The notes beneath the pieces are model-generated. The model made no database searches. It saw only the letters and a program-made list of their open reading frames with translations, and was not told the origin of the DNA. The position numbers and the translations under genes are program-made. Source: an uncultured Candidatus Saccharibacteria bacterium (GTDB taxonomy: Bacteria > Patescibacteriota > WWE3 > 2-01-FULL-39-13). From it: 64,000 nt of DNA. Location of the stretch: assembly GCA_965230915.1 (NCBI GenBank), contig OZ246395.1, forward strand, positions 76,019 through 140,018. Reading direction: 5' to 3'. Position 1 is the stretch's first letter. Each line of letters opens with the position of its first letter. This document shows positions 1 to 9,264 of this stretch, one piece after another.

Positions 1-2
1 AC

Positions 3-161
3 GAAGTAAAAAAACTCGGTATTAAAGATTCTCCTATCGCAATAAAAGGTAAACCTGGTCAATATAAAATTCAAATTGATTATGGAGCCGACATTAAAAA
101 TCCGGATAAGATAGTTAATATTTGTCCTCGAAATTGTTTCGACACTATTGTAGAAAAGTGA
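3..161 (+). CDS. 3' end of an upstream CDS (partial, product unknown)
   Basis: Frame 3 is open from the window edge to a TGA at 159-161 (…GKPGQYKIQIDYGADIKNPDKIVNICPRNCFDTIVEK*). No recognisable family. Confidence 0.3.
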   Translation, partial: EVKKLGIKDSPIAIKGKPGQYKIQIDYGADIKNPDKIVNICPRNCFDTIVEK

Positions 162-228
162 AGTTTCGTGGACTCAACTTCTTTTTTGCTCGGATTTTGT
201 TAAAAATTCTCGCAAAAAACAGCACACA

Positions 229-1089
229 ATGAATTTAGATTACAAGAAAGTTCTATATATAGATTTAAACACCCTAACGTACGACTTTAAAATCCACGAA
301 GATTTATGGAAGTACATTGGTGGTGTAGGCGTCGGTTACCGTTTATTTGCCGATAATCTTGACCAAAGTCCAGTTATTTTAACGTCGGGGCCATTGTCTG
401 GATACTTTCCGTATCTTTCGAAAGCCTGCTTGCTATATTTATCCAACGGCACGGTTCATGAGAAATTTGGTGGAGGCACAATCGCCGGTTTACTAAATAT
501 GGTAGGTATAGATGCAATTGTTTTTACTGGAGTTACCGACAAATTTGTACATGTATCACTTTTTAACCAAGAAGTTACAATTACAACCGAAAAAGAAGAA
601 GATTTCGAACGCAGATATTCAGATTTTGTTTTGACCAAAGATAGAGCTACATCGCAACGATATTTTTCGTTCGGAAATGGCATTAGTTTAGGGGATTCAT
701 TTACCGGTGGTTTAAGCGTGAATGTTGATTCTACTGAATCATTAAACTTTAGCGATTTTAATCACTACGAAGATATTTACAACGATTTACTAGATGAATA
801 CAGAAAACTTTCGGTTGAGCCTAGGAGCAATCCTTCATGTTTAGGTTGCCCGATGGGTTGCGATAGATCTTCTGAAGGTGAAGATGATGAGAATGTTGCC
901 GTTTTGCCAAGATGCTTGATTTCATGCGCTTATGCAGAGGAAGTTTACAAGAGTATTCCTACTGCATATGCTTGTTTAAATAGTGTAGGATATAAATACC
1001 ACCACTCCCATTTGGAAAATCTGCCCAGATTAGTAGGTGAATTAAAGGTAGAAATTAATAACAAATTAAGAAATGATAGTAATCGCTAA
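229..1089 (+). CDS. aldehyde:ferredoxin oxidoreductase N-terminal-domain-like protein
   Basis: N-terminus (LYIDLNTLTYDF…GGVGVGYRLFADNL…PVILTSGPLSG) resembles the AOR N-terminal domain. At 286 aa it is far shorter than a full AOR (~600 aa). Confidence 0.45.
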   Translation: MNLDYKKVLYIDLNTLTYDFKIHEDLWKYIGGVGVGYRLFADNLDQSPVILTSGPLSGYFPYLSKACLLYLSNGTVHEKFGGGTIAGLLNMVGIDAIVFTGVTDKFVHVSLFNQEVTITTEKEEDFERRYSDFVLTKDRATSQRYFSFGNGISLGDSFTGGLSVNVDSTESLNFSDFNHYEDIYNDLLDEYRKLSVEPRSNPSCLGCPMGCDRSSEGEDDENVAVLPRCLISCAYAEEVYKSIPTAYACLNSVGYKYHHSHLENLPRLVGELKVEINNKLRNDSNR

Positions 1090-1744
1090 CTGGAAACAAA
1101 ATAAGACCTTTGCTGATTTAAAAGAGTGGATTGAAACCTTTGATGCAAATGTTGATAAAAGCGTTTTAAATTCTGTTGAAATTGTTGTCGCTCCATCTCA
1201 CCCGTTAATATTGCCGTTTAAAATGATTACCCAAGGTTATCCATATATTAAAATTGCTTCTCAAGATGTTTCAGCTTTTGAGAAAGGGGCTCATACCGGA
1301 GAAGTAGGCGCATTTCAATTAACAAACATTGCACAATATTCAATAATTGGGCATTCAGAGAGACGTACTAATGGGGAAACCGCTGATATAATCAATTTAA
1401 AAATTGATAATGCACAAAAAGCCCAGATACAGCCAGTTGTGTGTTTTTCAAAGCCAGAAGAATTTCAAGCAGTAGAAATGAGATATGGAAAAGAGGGATT
1501 TTTATTTGCATATGAACCTGAAAATGCTATTAGCACTGCGGCAAATTCAACTGGGCCAATTAGTGCTGAAGAAGTAAAAGAAATGGTTGGAAAAATCGGT
1601 TTAGACAGTGTAATATATGGCGGTAGTGTTGATGAGAACAGCGTAGACAATTATCTAAAGCAGCCATTTATCAATGGGTTTTTAGTCGGAGGTGCCTCGT
1701 TAGATCCCGTACGTTTCGCTAAAATAGTTTCAAAATCAGCTTAA
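1073..1744 (+). CDS. tpiA: triosephosphate isomerase
   Basis: IANWKQN start and the GHSERR active-site motif. Length of 223 aa is typical. Start overlaps the upstream ORF by 17 nt. Confidence 0.85.
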   Translation: MIVIANWKQNKTFADLKEWIETFDANVDKSVLNSVEIVVAPSHPLILPFKMITQGYPYIKIASQDVSAFEKGAHTGEVGAFQLTNIAQYSIIGHSERRTNGETADIINLKIDNAQKAQIQPVVCFSKPEEFQAVEMRYGKEGFLFAYEPENAISTAANSTGPISAEEVKEMVGKIGLDSVIYGGSVDENSVDNYLKQPFINGFLVGGASLDPVRFAKIVSKSA

Positions 1745-1763
1745 ATTTATATAGACAAAATTT

Positions 1764-2870
1764 ATGTCCGCCATTAAATATATCCTTTTATTCATATTAA
1801 CAGTCGGCGTTTTGGCCTTCTTTTTATTAAAAGGGAATATGCCAGAATCTATTGCAAAAATGTTTGAGCCAGTTTCGGTGGTCTCAAAAGTTATTTCAAA
1901 TGGCAAACTAGACAGCACAGACGGTCGTACAAATATTTTATTAATAGGAGTCGATAGTCGTTCAGGTGCCAGCCATGCGCAAGGAAGTTCTTTAACCGAC
2001 ACTTTAATGGTTGTTTCGATCGATGAAGAAGGCAAACGACCAGTAATGGTCTCGATTCCACGAGATTTATGGATAGAAGAAATGAACGCGAAAGTAAATG
2101 CCGTCTATACGTTCAGACGCCAGTATTACAAATCTCAAGGGCTTTCAGAAGAAGAAGCTACACAAAAAGCGATTCAGGACTTAGAAAAAGCAGTAACAAG
2201 CATCGTTGGAATTCCAATTCATTATTACGCAGTTGTCGGATTCGATGCATTTAAAGATGCAATTGCAGCCGTTGATGGAATCGACATTACAGTAGACGAA
2301 ACCTTTGATGATTATCAATATCCAGTTGAAGGCAAAGAAGACGATCCTATAGAAGCAAATCGATATCAGCACGTTCATTTTGATGCAGGTCAGCAAACTA
2401 TGGATGGAGAAACCGCATTAAAATATGCACGTTCACGCCATTCAACTAACCCAAATGAAGCTGGAGATTTTAATCGTGCCAGACGCCAACAGAAAGTTAT
2501 TATGGCTCTTAAGGATAAAATCTTAAGTGCAGAAACACTTTTTAACCCGGCAAAATTAAAAGATCTTTATGATAGCTATATTGAAAATGTTAATACAAAC
2601 ATTGAATTAGCTGAGGTTACCGTTTTCTACGATAAATATAAGGACGTTAAATTAGGTGAAATCTCACGTGTGGTTATTTCGAATGAACCGGCAAACGATA
2701 CACCAGGTTCTGGAACGCTTAAATCACTATCTAAAGATGAATGGATAGCTAGATATGGAGAAGATAGGCTATACCAATACATTTTGGCTCCGATAAACGG
2801 TACTTTTGACCAGATTAAAGCCATTGTAAGACAGGAATTATTTAAAGACGATACAAGCTCTACACAGTAA
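1764..2870 (+). CDS. LytR-CpsA-Psr (LCP) family cell-envelope phosphotransferase
   Basis: N-terminal TM helix followed by the NILLIGVDSRSG motif typical of LCP proteins. Confidence 0.75.
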   Translation: MSAIKYILLFILTVGVLAFFLLKGNMPESIAKMFEPVSVVSKVISNGKLDSTDGRTNILLIGVDSRSGASHAQGSSLTDTLMVVSIDEEGKRPVMVSIPRDLWIEEMNAKVNAVYTFRRQYYKSQGLSEEEATQKAIQDLEKAVTSIVGIPIHYYAVVGFDAFKDAIAAVDGIDITVDETFDDYQYPVEGKEDDPIEANRYQHVHFDAGQQTMDGETALKYARSRHSTNPNEAGDFNRARRQQKVIMALKDKILSAETLFNPAKLKDLYDSYIENVNTNIELAEVTVFYDKYKDVKLGEISRVVISNEPANDTPGSGTLKSLSKDEWIARYGEDRLYQYILAPINGTFDQIKAIVRQELFKDDTSSTQ

Positions 2871-3565
2871 TGCTTTATTTAATAATTGGAGATAACAAGC
2901 CCGAAATCTCTAAATTTACTTCTCGCCTAAAAAAAGAAGCCACTGAAAAAGGTCACGCAATACATCAATTTACAAAAGAAGCTAAATTCACTCCAATTGA
3001 AGTAAAAGATTTAATAAATTCTTCTGGAATGTTTTCATCGGGTAATACCGTTTTTATTTATGCAAATAAAGCTGAGAACATTGACTTTACAGAAGATTTT
3101 TTAAAAGAAATTAAGGCTGACAAAGAAAATAACCTTATTATTGTTGACGATGGTATTAATAAATTAACTGCGATTTATAAAAGCCTTAAAAAAGCTGCGC
3201 AATTAAAAGAATTTTCGCTTCCAAGAGACTATTCTAACTTTAATATCTCAGATGCGATATTTGTTGAAGGCAATAAGCAGAAGGCCATTACACTAATTCA
3301 TCAGGTTGAAAATATTGAGGCTGAGGCGCCACTTGTTACGGCTACTTTATATATGGGACTTAGAAATTTTGTGTCTGTAAAGAAAAGTAACAAAACTTCG
3401 AATTCTATCCATTCATTTATAAAGCAAAAAAATGCATCTTCTAAGTACAATCCTAAAGATATTAAGAAAGTTTATATGGATTTATTAGAACTTGATATGA
3501 AGACGAAATCTAGCAGTGCAAATAAACGTGACTTGATAGACGACTTTGTGTTACACTCAATTTAA
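2870..3565 (+). CDS. possible DNA polymerase III delta subunit-like protein
   Basis: MLYLIIGDN… N-terminus and overall K/E-rich composition resemble short HolA homologues. Weak call. Confidence 0.3.
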   Translation: MLYLIIGDNKPEISKFTSRLKKEATEKGHAIHQFTKEAKFTPIEVKDLINSSGMFSSGNTVFIYANKAENIDFTEDFLKEIKADKENNLIIVDDGINKLTAIYKSLKKAAQLKEFSLPRDYSNFNISDAIFVEGNKQKAITLIHQVENIEAEAPLVTATLYMGLRNFVSVKKSNKTSNSIHSFIKQKNASSKYNPKDIKKVYMDLLELDMKTKSSSANKRDLIDDFVLHSI

Positions 3566-3674
3566 GCAACGGAACATATAAGTTAACAAAGCCTGAAAAA
3601 GGTTCATTTGTTGATTTGTATGTTCCTTTTTTTGTTTTGTTAGGACAGGGCGAAGCCGGCAAGCTTAAACCCAA

Positions 3675-4544
3675 GTGTTTAAACCACATAAATACGAGAA
3701 ATCAATTAAATACGTTCACATAGAAGAGGAAGCTCCAATAATTGTTGAAAAAGAAAAATTCAATGTTATTGGATATATTCAAGGATTAGCACTTAAAACA
3801 ATTGTTTCCTCTGTTTTAATTCTTGTTGGGCTTTACATAATGTGCACAAAAGTTTTTATTCCTGTTGTTGATACATATGCAAACTCCGGAGATATCGCCC
3901 CAATAATAAGTCCAGTTGCGGATGACGTTAATTCATCCCTTTCGCTAAAGGATGACGAGCCATTTGAATTTAAAGAACTTAATACAAGCTTTAAAGAAGT
4001 TACACATGAAGATTTAGCTAATCCAGAAGACCTTTTAGCTGAAAAGGGTGCATCTGAAGAAACTAAAGAAGAAGGCCCCGAACCTGAATATTTTTACTTA
4101 ACAATTCCATCATTAGAAATTGAAGACGCAAAGGTTGCTATAAATTCAACTGACCTGGATCCTAAAAAGGCTATTGGTCACTACAAGGGAACATGTTTAC
4201 CAGATGAAGCTTGTAATTCGTTTATATTCGGCCATTCAACATATAAAACTTCAAAAAACAGATATAAAAGTGGCGACTATACCGAAATTTTTGCTCATTT
4301 AGATGAGCTTAAATACGGAGATGAATTCACAATTAAATACAAAAACGAGGAATATAAATATATGGTCGAACTATCAAAAGTTGATAGGCCCGAGAACGTT
4401 GATCCATTAGAACAGCCCTTACCAAGAAGTTTAGGCAAACACGAAAGTACCGTGCAATTATTTACCTGCACCCCATCAGGTACTACAAAATACCGCCTTT
4501 CGGTTATCGGAAGGTTAGTAAGCACTTCTCCTATTACTGAATAA
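3675..4544 (+). CDS. sortase family transpeptidase
   Basis: N-terminal TM helix. His motif FIFGHSTYKT, catalytic Cys in VQLFTCTPSG (TLxTC-like), and a conserved Arg in KYRLSV. Confidence 0.7.
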   Translation: MFKPHKYEKSIKYVHIEEEAPIIVEKEKFNVIGYIQGLALKTIVSSVLILVGLYIMCTKVFIPVVDTYANSGDIAPIISPVADDVNSSLSLKDDEPFEFKELNTSFKEVTHEDLANPEDLLAEKGASEETKEEGPEPEYFYLTIPSLEIEDAKVAINSTDLDPKKAIGHYKGTCLPDEACNSFIFGHSTYKTSKNRYKSGDYTEIFAHLDELKYGDEFTIKYKNEEYKYMVELSKVDRPENVDPLEQPLPRSLGKHESTVQLFTCTPSGTTKYRLSVIGRLVSTSPITE

Positions 4545-4573
4545 ATTTTACTAATTGGAAAATAAAAAATCCT

Positions 4574-4618
4574 GAGCGATTACGTTTGGTGTTGAATATA
4601 TCAACGTAATCGCTCAAC
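4574..4618 (+). terminator. perfect 14-bp inverted repeat hairpin between convergent genes (candidate terminator)
   Basis: TGAGCGATTACGTT … AACGTAATCGCTCA, 17-nt loop, 30 nt after the sortase stop. No clean T-run follows. Confidence 0.4.
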
Positions 4619-4881
4619 TTTGTGGCAGAAAAATTACCTAGCCGCAATGGCAATGCGGACATCGCCCGCTGCGTGGGCGGTCCTTGCCGCAACTCTGGCA
4701 CTGACGCATGGTCTCGAGAATTCGGGCCCAGAAAATTTCGAACATGATGATTTCCTTTCTTGGTCGCGATCCTTAGAATTAACCACCCTAAAGCTTCAAA
4801 AACAGCTATAAAAGCCTGTCTTTTATGAAGTTGCGAATATTATAAAATCTTCTGCAGGAAATGCAATACTAAGAGCGAGGC

Positions 4882-5613
4882 TTAATCTTCGGGGTTAGTT
4901 GCGAAATTTATGAAACCTGGCCAGTCTGCCGCGGTAACTTCGCCATCGCCGGTAAAATCGTAGCGAATATCGTTATATATCATTGCCTCTTTAAATTCTT
5001 CTTGCATTAATTTATCTACGTCGCCAAGAGGATCAACTGGTTCCGAAATGTTTTCATCCGAAACTCCCAATACTTTATTTATTTGTGGCTCTGAGGTATT
5101 TACTTCACCAAAGCCTTCAAATTCATCTTCTTTAGGCGATATAGGAGCTTGTTCTGTAGCTGGTTCAGGAATTTCTGCTGTTTTTTCCTTAGTTCTAAAA
5201 GAATGATTCATATCAGCTGGATATATTTTTCCGTTACTTACTATTCTAAAGAAATAGGTTGTGCTTGGTTCTAAACCTAGTAGAAGGGCTTTATGAGACG
5301 TCTGAGAGTTGTTTAAGACACTTTTCTGGCAGTCTGGTGTCTCTGATTCGATATTCGATAAGCATTCAGCTTTCATATTTATTGAATAGATCAAATTTGT
5401 TGTAGCAGGGTCAACGGTAGTCCAAGTAATGTTGGCGGTCGTATCGGAAATATTGTCTACGGTCATATTAACCGGCTCTGTTTTAGTGGTATCAGCTTCT
5501 GAGGATGTGTTTGTCGGAATTGATATGTAATTAAAACCAGCAATACCTGTTCCCAGGATTGCCATTAATATCAAAAAGGTAATGAAGCCCCTAATGCCTT
5601 CGTGTGAATTCAT
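4882..5613 (-). CDS. membrane-anchored fibronectin-III-like protein with C-terminal dockerin-like (EF-hand-like) segment
   Basis: N-terminal TM helix, an FN3-like region (NITWTTVDPATTNLIYS), and a C-terminal DFTGDGEVTAADW calcium-loop-like motif. Confidence 0.45.
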   Translation of the reverse strand: MNSHEGIRGFITFLILMAILGTGIAGFNYISIPTNTSSEADTTKTEPVNMTVDNISDTTANITWTTVDPATTNLIYSINMKAECLSNIESETPDCQKSVLNNSQTSHKALLLGLEPSTTYFFRIVSNGKIYPADMNHSFRTKEKTAEIPEPATEQAPISPKEDEFEGFGEVNTSEPQINKVLGVSDENISEPVDPLGDVDKLMQEEFKEAMIYNDIRYDFTGDGEVTAADWPGFINFATNPED

Positions 5614-5626
5614 TTAACGTATTCTA

Positions 5627-6328
5627 TTACGCTCTTTTTAGAGGATTAGTGTAACTGACTACACCTAAAGCTACTAAACCTAGCGAGATAGCGAGGTAAA
5701 GGCCTATTTGGTTTCCACCAGTTTTTATATTAGCACCAGTAGTAGACTCTGTAGTCGTTGTAGTGGTGGTAGTTGTTGTTGAACCAGATGGAGCTCCAAC
5801 TGCTGCTGGAATATCTAATGTGAAAACTCCATTAACAGTTTCTGTTAACAATTGTTCCCCGCCTGCGCCATTTATTTCGCTATCTGGAGTAATTGTTAAT
5901 TGAACTTGGCCTGATGTATCAGTTGTGCTGAATGAAATTGAAGCAACTTTTACTTCTCCTGATTTGTAATTGCCTGCATTATTTAATGCATTAATAGAAA
6001 TTGTATGAGTTGCTGTGTCTGCTGATTTGTCTAAGTAGCTATCGAAAGCACCTTCTGTAACAGATACAACGCTAACATTTTCTGGGTAAGTGATTTTTAA
6101 TTGAGCACTGGCAATTTCTGGCTCTGAGGTTGTCGATTTAACATAAATACTAATTTTGAAATTCGAATTATTAATAAAGCCAGATGCTGGTGAAACCGAT
6201 GCTGTAGCTGCTTCTGATTGTGTTGGGAACAAAATAGAAGAGACTGAAACGCCTAAAACTATAGCTGAGGCTATACTTAAGGTTCTGAAGTTTTTGGGCA
6301 GAATATTCATAAAATTAGTGTAACACAA
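5627..6328 (-). CDS. secreted cohesin-like domain protein with Thr-rich linker and C-terminal hydrophobic anchor
   Basis: Signal peptide. β-sandwich-like cohesin pattern (VKVASISFSTTDTSGQVQLTITP). T11 linker. C-terminal hydrophobic stretch ending in a KRA tail, like a sortase sorting signal. Confidence 0.4.
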   Translation of the reverse strand: MCYTNFMNILPKNFRTLSIASAIVLGVSVSSILFPTQSEAATASVSPASGFINNSNFKISIYVKSTTSEPEIASAQLKITYPENVSVVSVTEGAFDSYLDKSADTATHTISINALNNAGNYKSGEVKVASISFSTTDTSGQVQLTITPDSEINGAGGEQLLTETVNGVFTLDIPAAVGAPSGSTTTTTTTTTTESTTGANIKTGGNQIGLYLAISLGLVALGVVSYTNPLKRA

Positions 6329-6538
6329 AATTAACTAACACAAATAGCACGAAAAGCTTTGTGTACGAAAAGTCTACACAATGTTTTTTGTCTACGCAAG
6401 ACATTTATTTCGACTTCTTCTCGAAATTTGACGCCTTCGGCTAATATTCCTATTGGAATAGGCAGCCTGGCGAATTTCTCAAAAAACTCGTAATAAATAG
6501 AGCATTTAAAATGAATTTAAGATTTGGGAGATTTAGCC

Positions 6539-6796
6539 TTAAGCAGCTTTAATAGCTTTCTGAGATTTAATGCGGTTAGCTTTATTTTTCTTGATAACGC
6601 CGTTTTTCTGGGCTTTATCAACGACTTGCTGTAATTCCTTGTAAGCAGCTTCGCCTTCCTTAGCATTTTCTGGTTTAGCTACTATCTCATCAAGAGCTTT
6701 AATCGCGTTCTTGATTTTAGTCTTCCACCACTTATTATAAGTAGTTTTACTCTTTATTTTTCGAACCATTTTTTTTGCTTGGGTGGTATTCGCCAT
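6539..6796 (-). CDS. rpsT: 30S ribosomal protein S20
   Basis: MANTTQAKKMVRKIKSK… basic N-terminus typical of S20. The internal Met is used as the start. Confidence 0.8.
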   Translation of the reverse strand: MANTTQAKKMVRKIKSKTTYNKWWKTKIKNAIKALDEIVAKPENAKEGEAAYKELQQVVDKAQKNGVIKKNKANRIKSQKAIKAA

Positions 6797-6860
6797 AACA
6801 AGCCATATTTTAGCAAGTCGTTGTAGGTATAGCAATACTCATGATATTATCAATAAGCTT

Positions 6861-8495
6861 ATGGTCATGCGCTTTATTCGCAACGGAACCCGTGTTTTTA
6901 CTTCTGAACAGCATACAATCCTCTCAGCAGCCACTATTATAGGACTTATTTACTGCCTATCTGCTTTTTTGGGTTTTATAAAAAACCGCTTATTGTCAGG
7001 CTATTTTGGGGACTCAGCTGAACTCGGAGTATATTTTGCGGCGGACGTTATTCCTAACCTAATATTTTCATTACTATTTTCTGGAGCCTTATCATCGGCT
7101 CTTATTCCAGTTTTCACAAGATACTATAAAAAGGATAAAGAGCTTGCTTGGGACGTAACCAGCAACATGCTAAACGTCTCGCTTTTCATGTTTTTAATTT
7201 TTACTGTGATAGTTCTTTTCTCGGCAGACTTTATCGCTCGTGAAATTATTGCCCGAAATAGCGACCTGACAGTATCTGATCTTACATTTATGGCTAATTT
7301 AATGAGAATTATGATGGTTGCGCAAATTATCCTCATTTTTAGTAATTTCTTTACAAGTATTTTGCAGTCATTTAATAAGTTTGTGATTCCGGCTCTGGCA
7401 CCGGTTGTTTATAACATAGGTATTATCATCTTTATAGTTTGTTTTGTTAAGGAACTTGGTATTTATGCTCCGGCCTATGGAATGATTTTTGGGGCGTTTT
7501 TGCATGTTTGTGTACAGCTTCCACTTGTAAAAGGAGCAGGCTTCAAATACAAATTCTTATTTGATTTTAAAGAAAAGGGGTTTAGAGAGGTTTATAAGCT
7601 AATGGTTCCTAGAACTATTGGGCAGGCTGCACAGAAGTTTTTGAATCCACTTTATACAAATTTAGCTCTATATATTTCAGGCTCTGCGAATGTTATTTTG
7701 ACTTTTGCTACCGATATTCAGGGTTTGCCTGTAAAAATATTCGGATTATCTATCGGTCAGGCGGCGCTTCCAATATTGGCCAATTCTATTAGAGAAGACG
7801 ACAATTTAGACGAATTTAAAGTTTTGCTGTTAAAGACGCTTCAGCAAATCGTATTTTTTGTATTACCGATGAGTATTTTATTCTTTATTCTTAGGGTTCC
7901 GCTTGTGCGTTTAGCAGTTGGAACCAGCAATTATTCATGGGAAGCAACCGTTATGACCTCTTATGCACTAGGTTTTTTTAGCATTTCTGTTGTTGCCCAG
8001 TCTTTGGTAATGATTTTGGCACGTGCATTTTATGCCTTAAGAGATACCAAAACTCCACTTTTTGTAAGTATTATTGCGATTTTAGTTAACGCTATTCTGG
8101 CCGTTTGGTTTATAAAGCATTTAGATTTGGGAGTTTGGAGCTTGGCATTAGCCTATACGATCGGGAGTTACGTTAATTTTATTATGCTTTTTACATTTTT
8201 AAGTCGCAAAATAGGAGGGATTGATTTTTCTGATTTTCTGCATCATATAAATAAGATTGGAATCGCATCGTTTATAACCGGCGTTGCACTATACATTCCT
8301 TTTAGAGCCATGGATGAATTAGTCTTTGATACAACCCGAGTTCCCGGGCTGATTGTTTTAACAGCAACTGTTTCTATTATCGGATTTTTTACATACATAT
8401 TTTTTGCTTGGGTTTTGAAAATCCGTGATCTTGATTTAATAATCGGGGCTTTTAAATCTATAAGAAGCAAATTAGTAAGAGATACGACTGTCTAG
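6861..8495 (+). CDS. murJ: lipid II flippase MurJ/MviN
   Basis: Polytopic membrane protein with MurJ-like N-terminal helices (LLSGYFGDSAELGVYFAADVIPNLIFSLLFSGALSSALIPVF). The ORF probably starts at the internal ATG 6861. Confidence 0.7.
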   Translation: MVMRFIRNGTRVFTSEQHTILSAATIIGLIYCLSAFLGFIKNRLLSGYFGDSAELGVYFAADVIPNLIFSLLFSGALSSALIPVFTRYYKKDKELAWDVTSNMLNVSLFMFLIFTVIVLFSADFIAREIIARNSDLTVSDLTFMANLMRIMMVAQIILIFSNFFTSILQSFNKFVIPALAPVVYNIGIIIFIVCFVKELGIYAPAYGMIFGAFLHVCVQLPLVKGAGFKYKFLFDFKEKGFREVYKLMVPRTIGQAAQKFLNPLYTNLALYISGSANVILTFATDIQGLPVKIFGLSIGQAALPILANSIREDDNLDEFKVLLLKTLQQIVFFVLPMSILFFILRVPLVRLAVGTSNYSWEATVMTSYALGFFSISVVAQSLVMILARAFYALRDTKTPLFVSIIAILVNAILAVWFIKHLDLGVWSLALAYTIGSYVNFIMLFTFLSRKIGGIDFSDFLHHINKIGIASFITGVALYIPFRAMDELVFDTTRVPGLIVLTATVSIIGFFTYIFFAWVLKIRDLDLIIGAFKSIRSKLVRDTTV

Positions 8496-8675
8496 GTCTT
8501 TTATAGTTGCATCGTTTTCTGGCGCAGTTAATTCATTCAAAAGTTCTTGTTTTACTGTGATTTTCTTTGTCGTTGCCGTTAATGTGGAATAGGTTTCATA
8601 GCCAATCCAAATGGTAATGGTAGCGACCGTTAATATAATTATTAGTCTCGTACTAATTTTGAACATCCGTTTCAT
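8472..8675 (-). CDS. small single-pass membrane protein (possible pilus-assembly accessory)
   Basis: 67 aa with an N-terminal TM helix, co-oriented with and overlapping the PilO-like gene. Confidence 0.25.
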   Translation of the reverse strand: MKRMFKISTRLIIILTVATITIWIGYETYSTLTATTKKITVKQELLNELTAPENDATIKDLDSRISY

Positions 8676-9264
8676 TTAAGAAATAAATTCTTCCGGTTAC
8701 TATTGCTCCTATTGATGAGATATCTTTGTTTTGCGGAGTTATATCTACGTTATCGATTGTTGTGATTCTTCGGAGTTTATTGAAGTCGGTTATAAACTTG
8801 ACCAGGTCGGAATATCTTCCGTACACTTTTACGGTAAATCCAAGTGATCCGACTGCGCTTGATTCTTCCTTTGAATCCTCATCTTTTTCGAACGCGAAAT
8901 TTATTGATTCAACCTGAATATTATTTTTAGCGGCAATAAAATTGATATTACGCAAATAGTCCCCTTCACTTGGAGAAGGTGGTAAAGCTTGAGCAATTAA
9001 TGACCTTTCATGTAGCAGTTTTGCTTTATCAGCATTAATATCGTTCAATATTGCAATTTTCTCGGTTAAAATTGCATTGACTCGTTCATAGTCGTTTAAA
9101 TCTCTTACTAAGCCACTGATGGTTGTTATTGATGGGCGGATTGCAAAAAGGCCAAAAATGATCACCGATAAAAAAGTTAGAATAAAATTTACGTTATTTC
9201 TGAAACCTTCGTCTGTGCGGTATTGAATATTCTTTTCTATTGTAAATTTAGAGACAATGTTCAT
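8653..9264 (-). CDS. type IV pilus assembly PilO-like protein
   Basis: N-terminal TM helix followed by a coiled-coil region and a C-terminal α/β domain. Overlaps the upstream PilN-like gene by 4 nt. Confidence 0.4.
   Translation of the reverse strand: MNIVSKFTIEKNIQYRTDEGFRNNVNFILTFLSVIIFGLFAIRPSITTISGLVRDLNDYERVNAILTEKIAILNDINADKAKLLHERSLIAQALPPSPSEGDYLRNINFIAAKNNIQVESINFAFEKDEDSKEESSAVGSLGFTVKVYGRYSDLVKFITDFNKLRRITTIDNVDITPQNKDISSIGAIVTGRIYFLNETDVQN

Noticed and set aside
4720-4745. Abutting GGTCTC/CTCGAG/GAATTC/GGGCCC sites as evidence of cloning-vector contamination
   Set aside because: In GC-rich sequence several 6-bp palindromes per 100 bp are expected by chance. No vector backbone features are adjacent. 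Kept only as a low-interest note to BLAST against UniVec.
4620-4811. 63-aa ORF across the GC-rich patch
   Set aside because: Ala/Leu/Trp-rich translation typical of a random open frame in GC-rich DNA. No start context.
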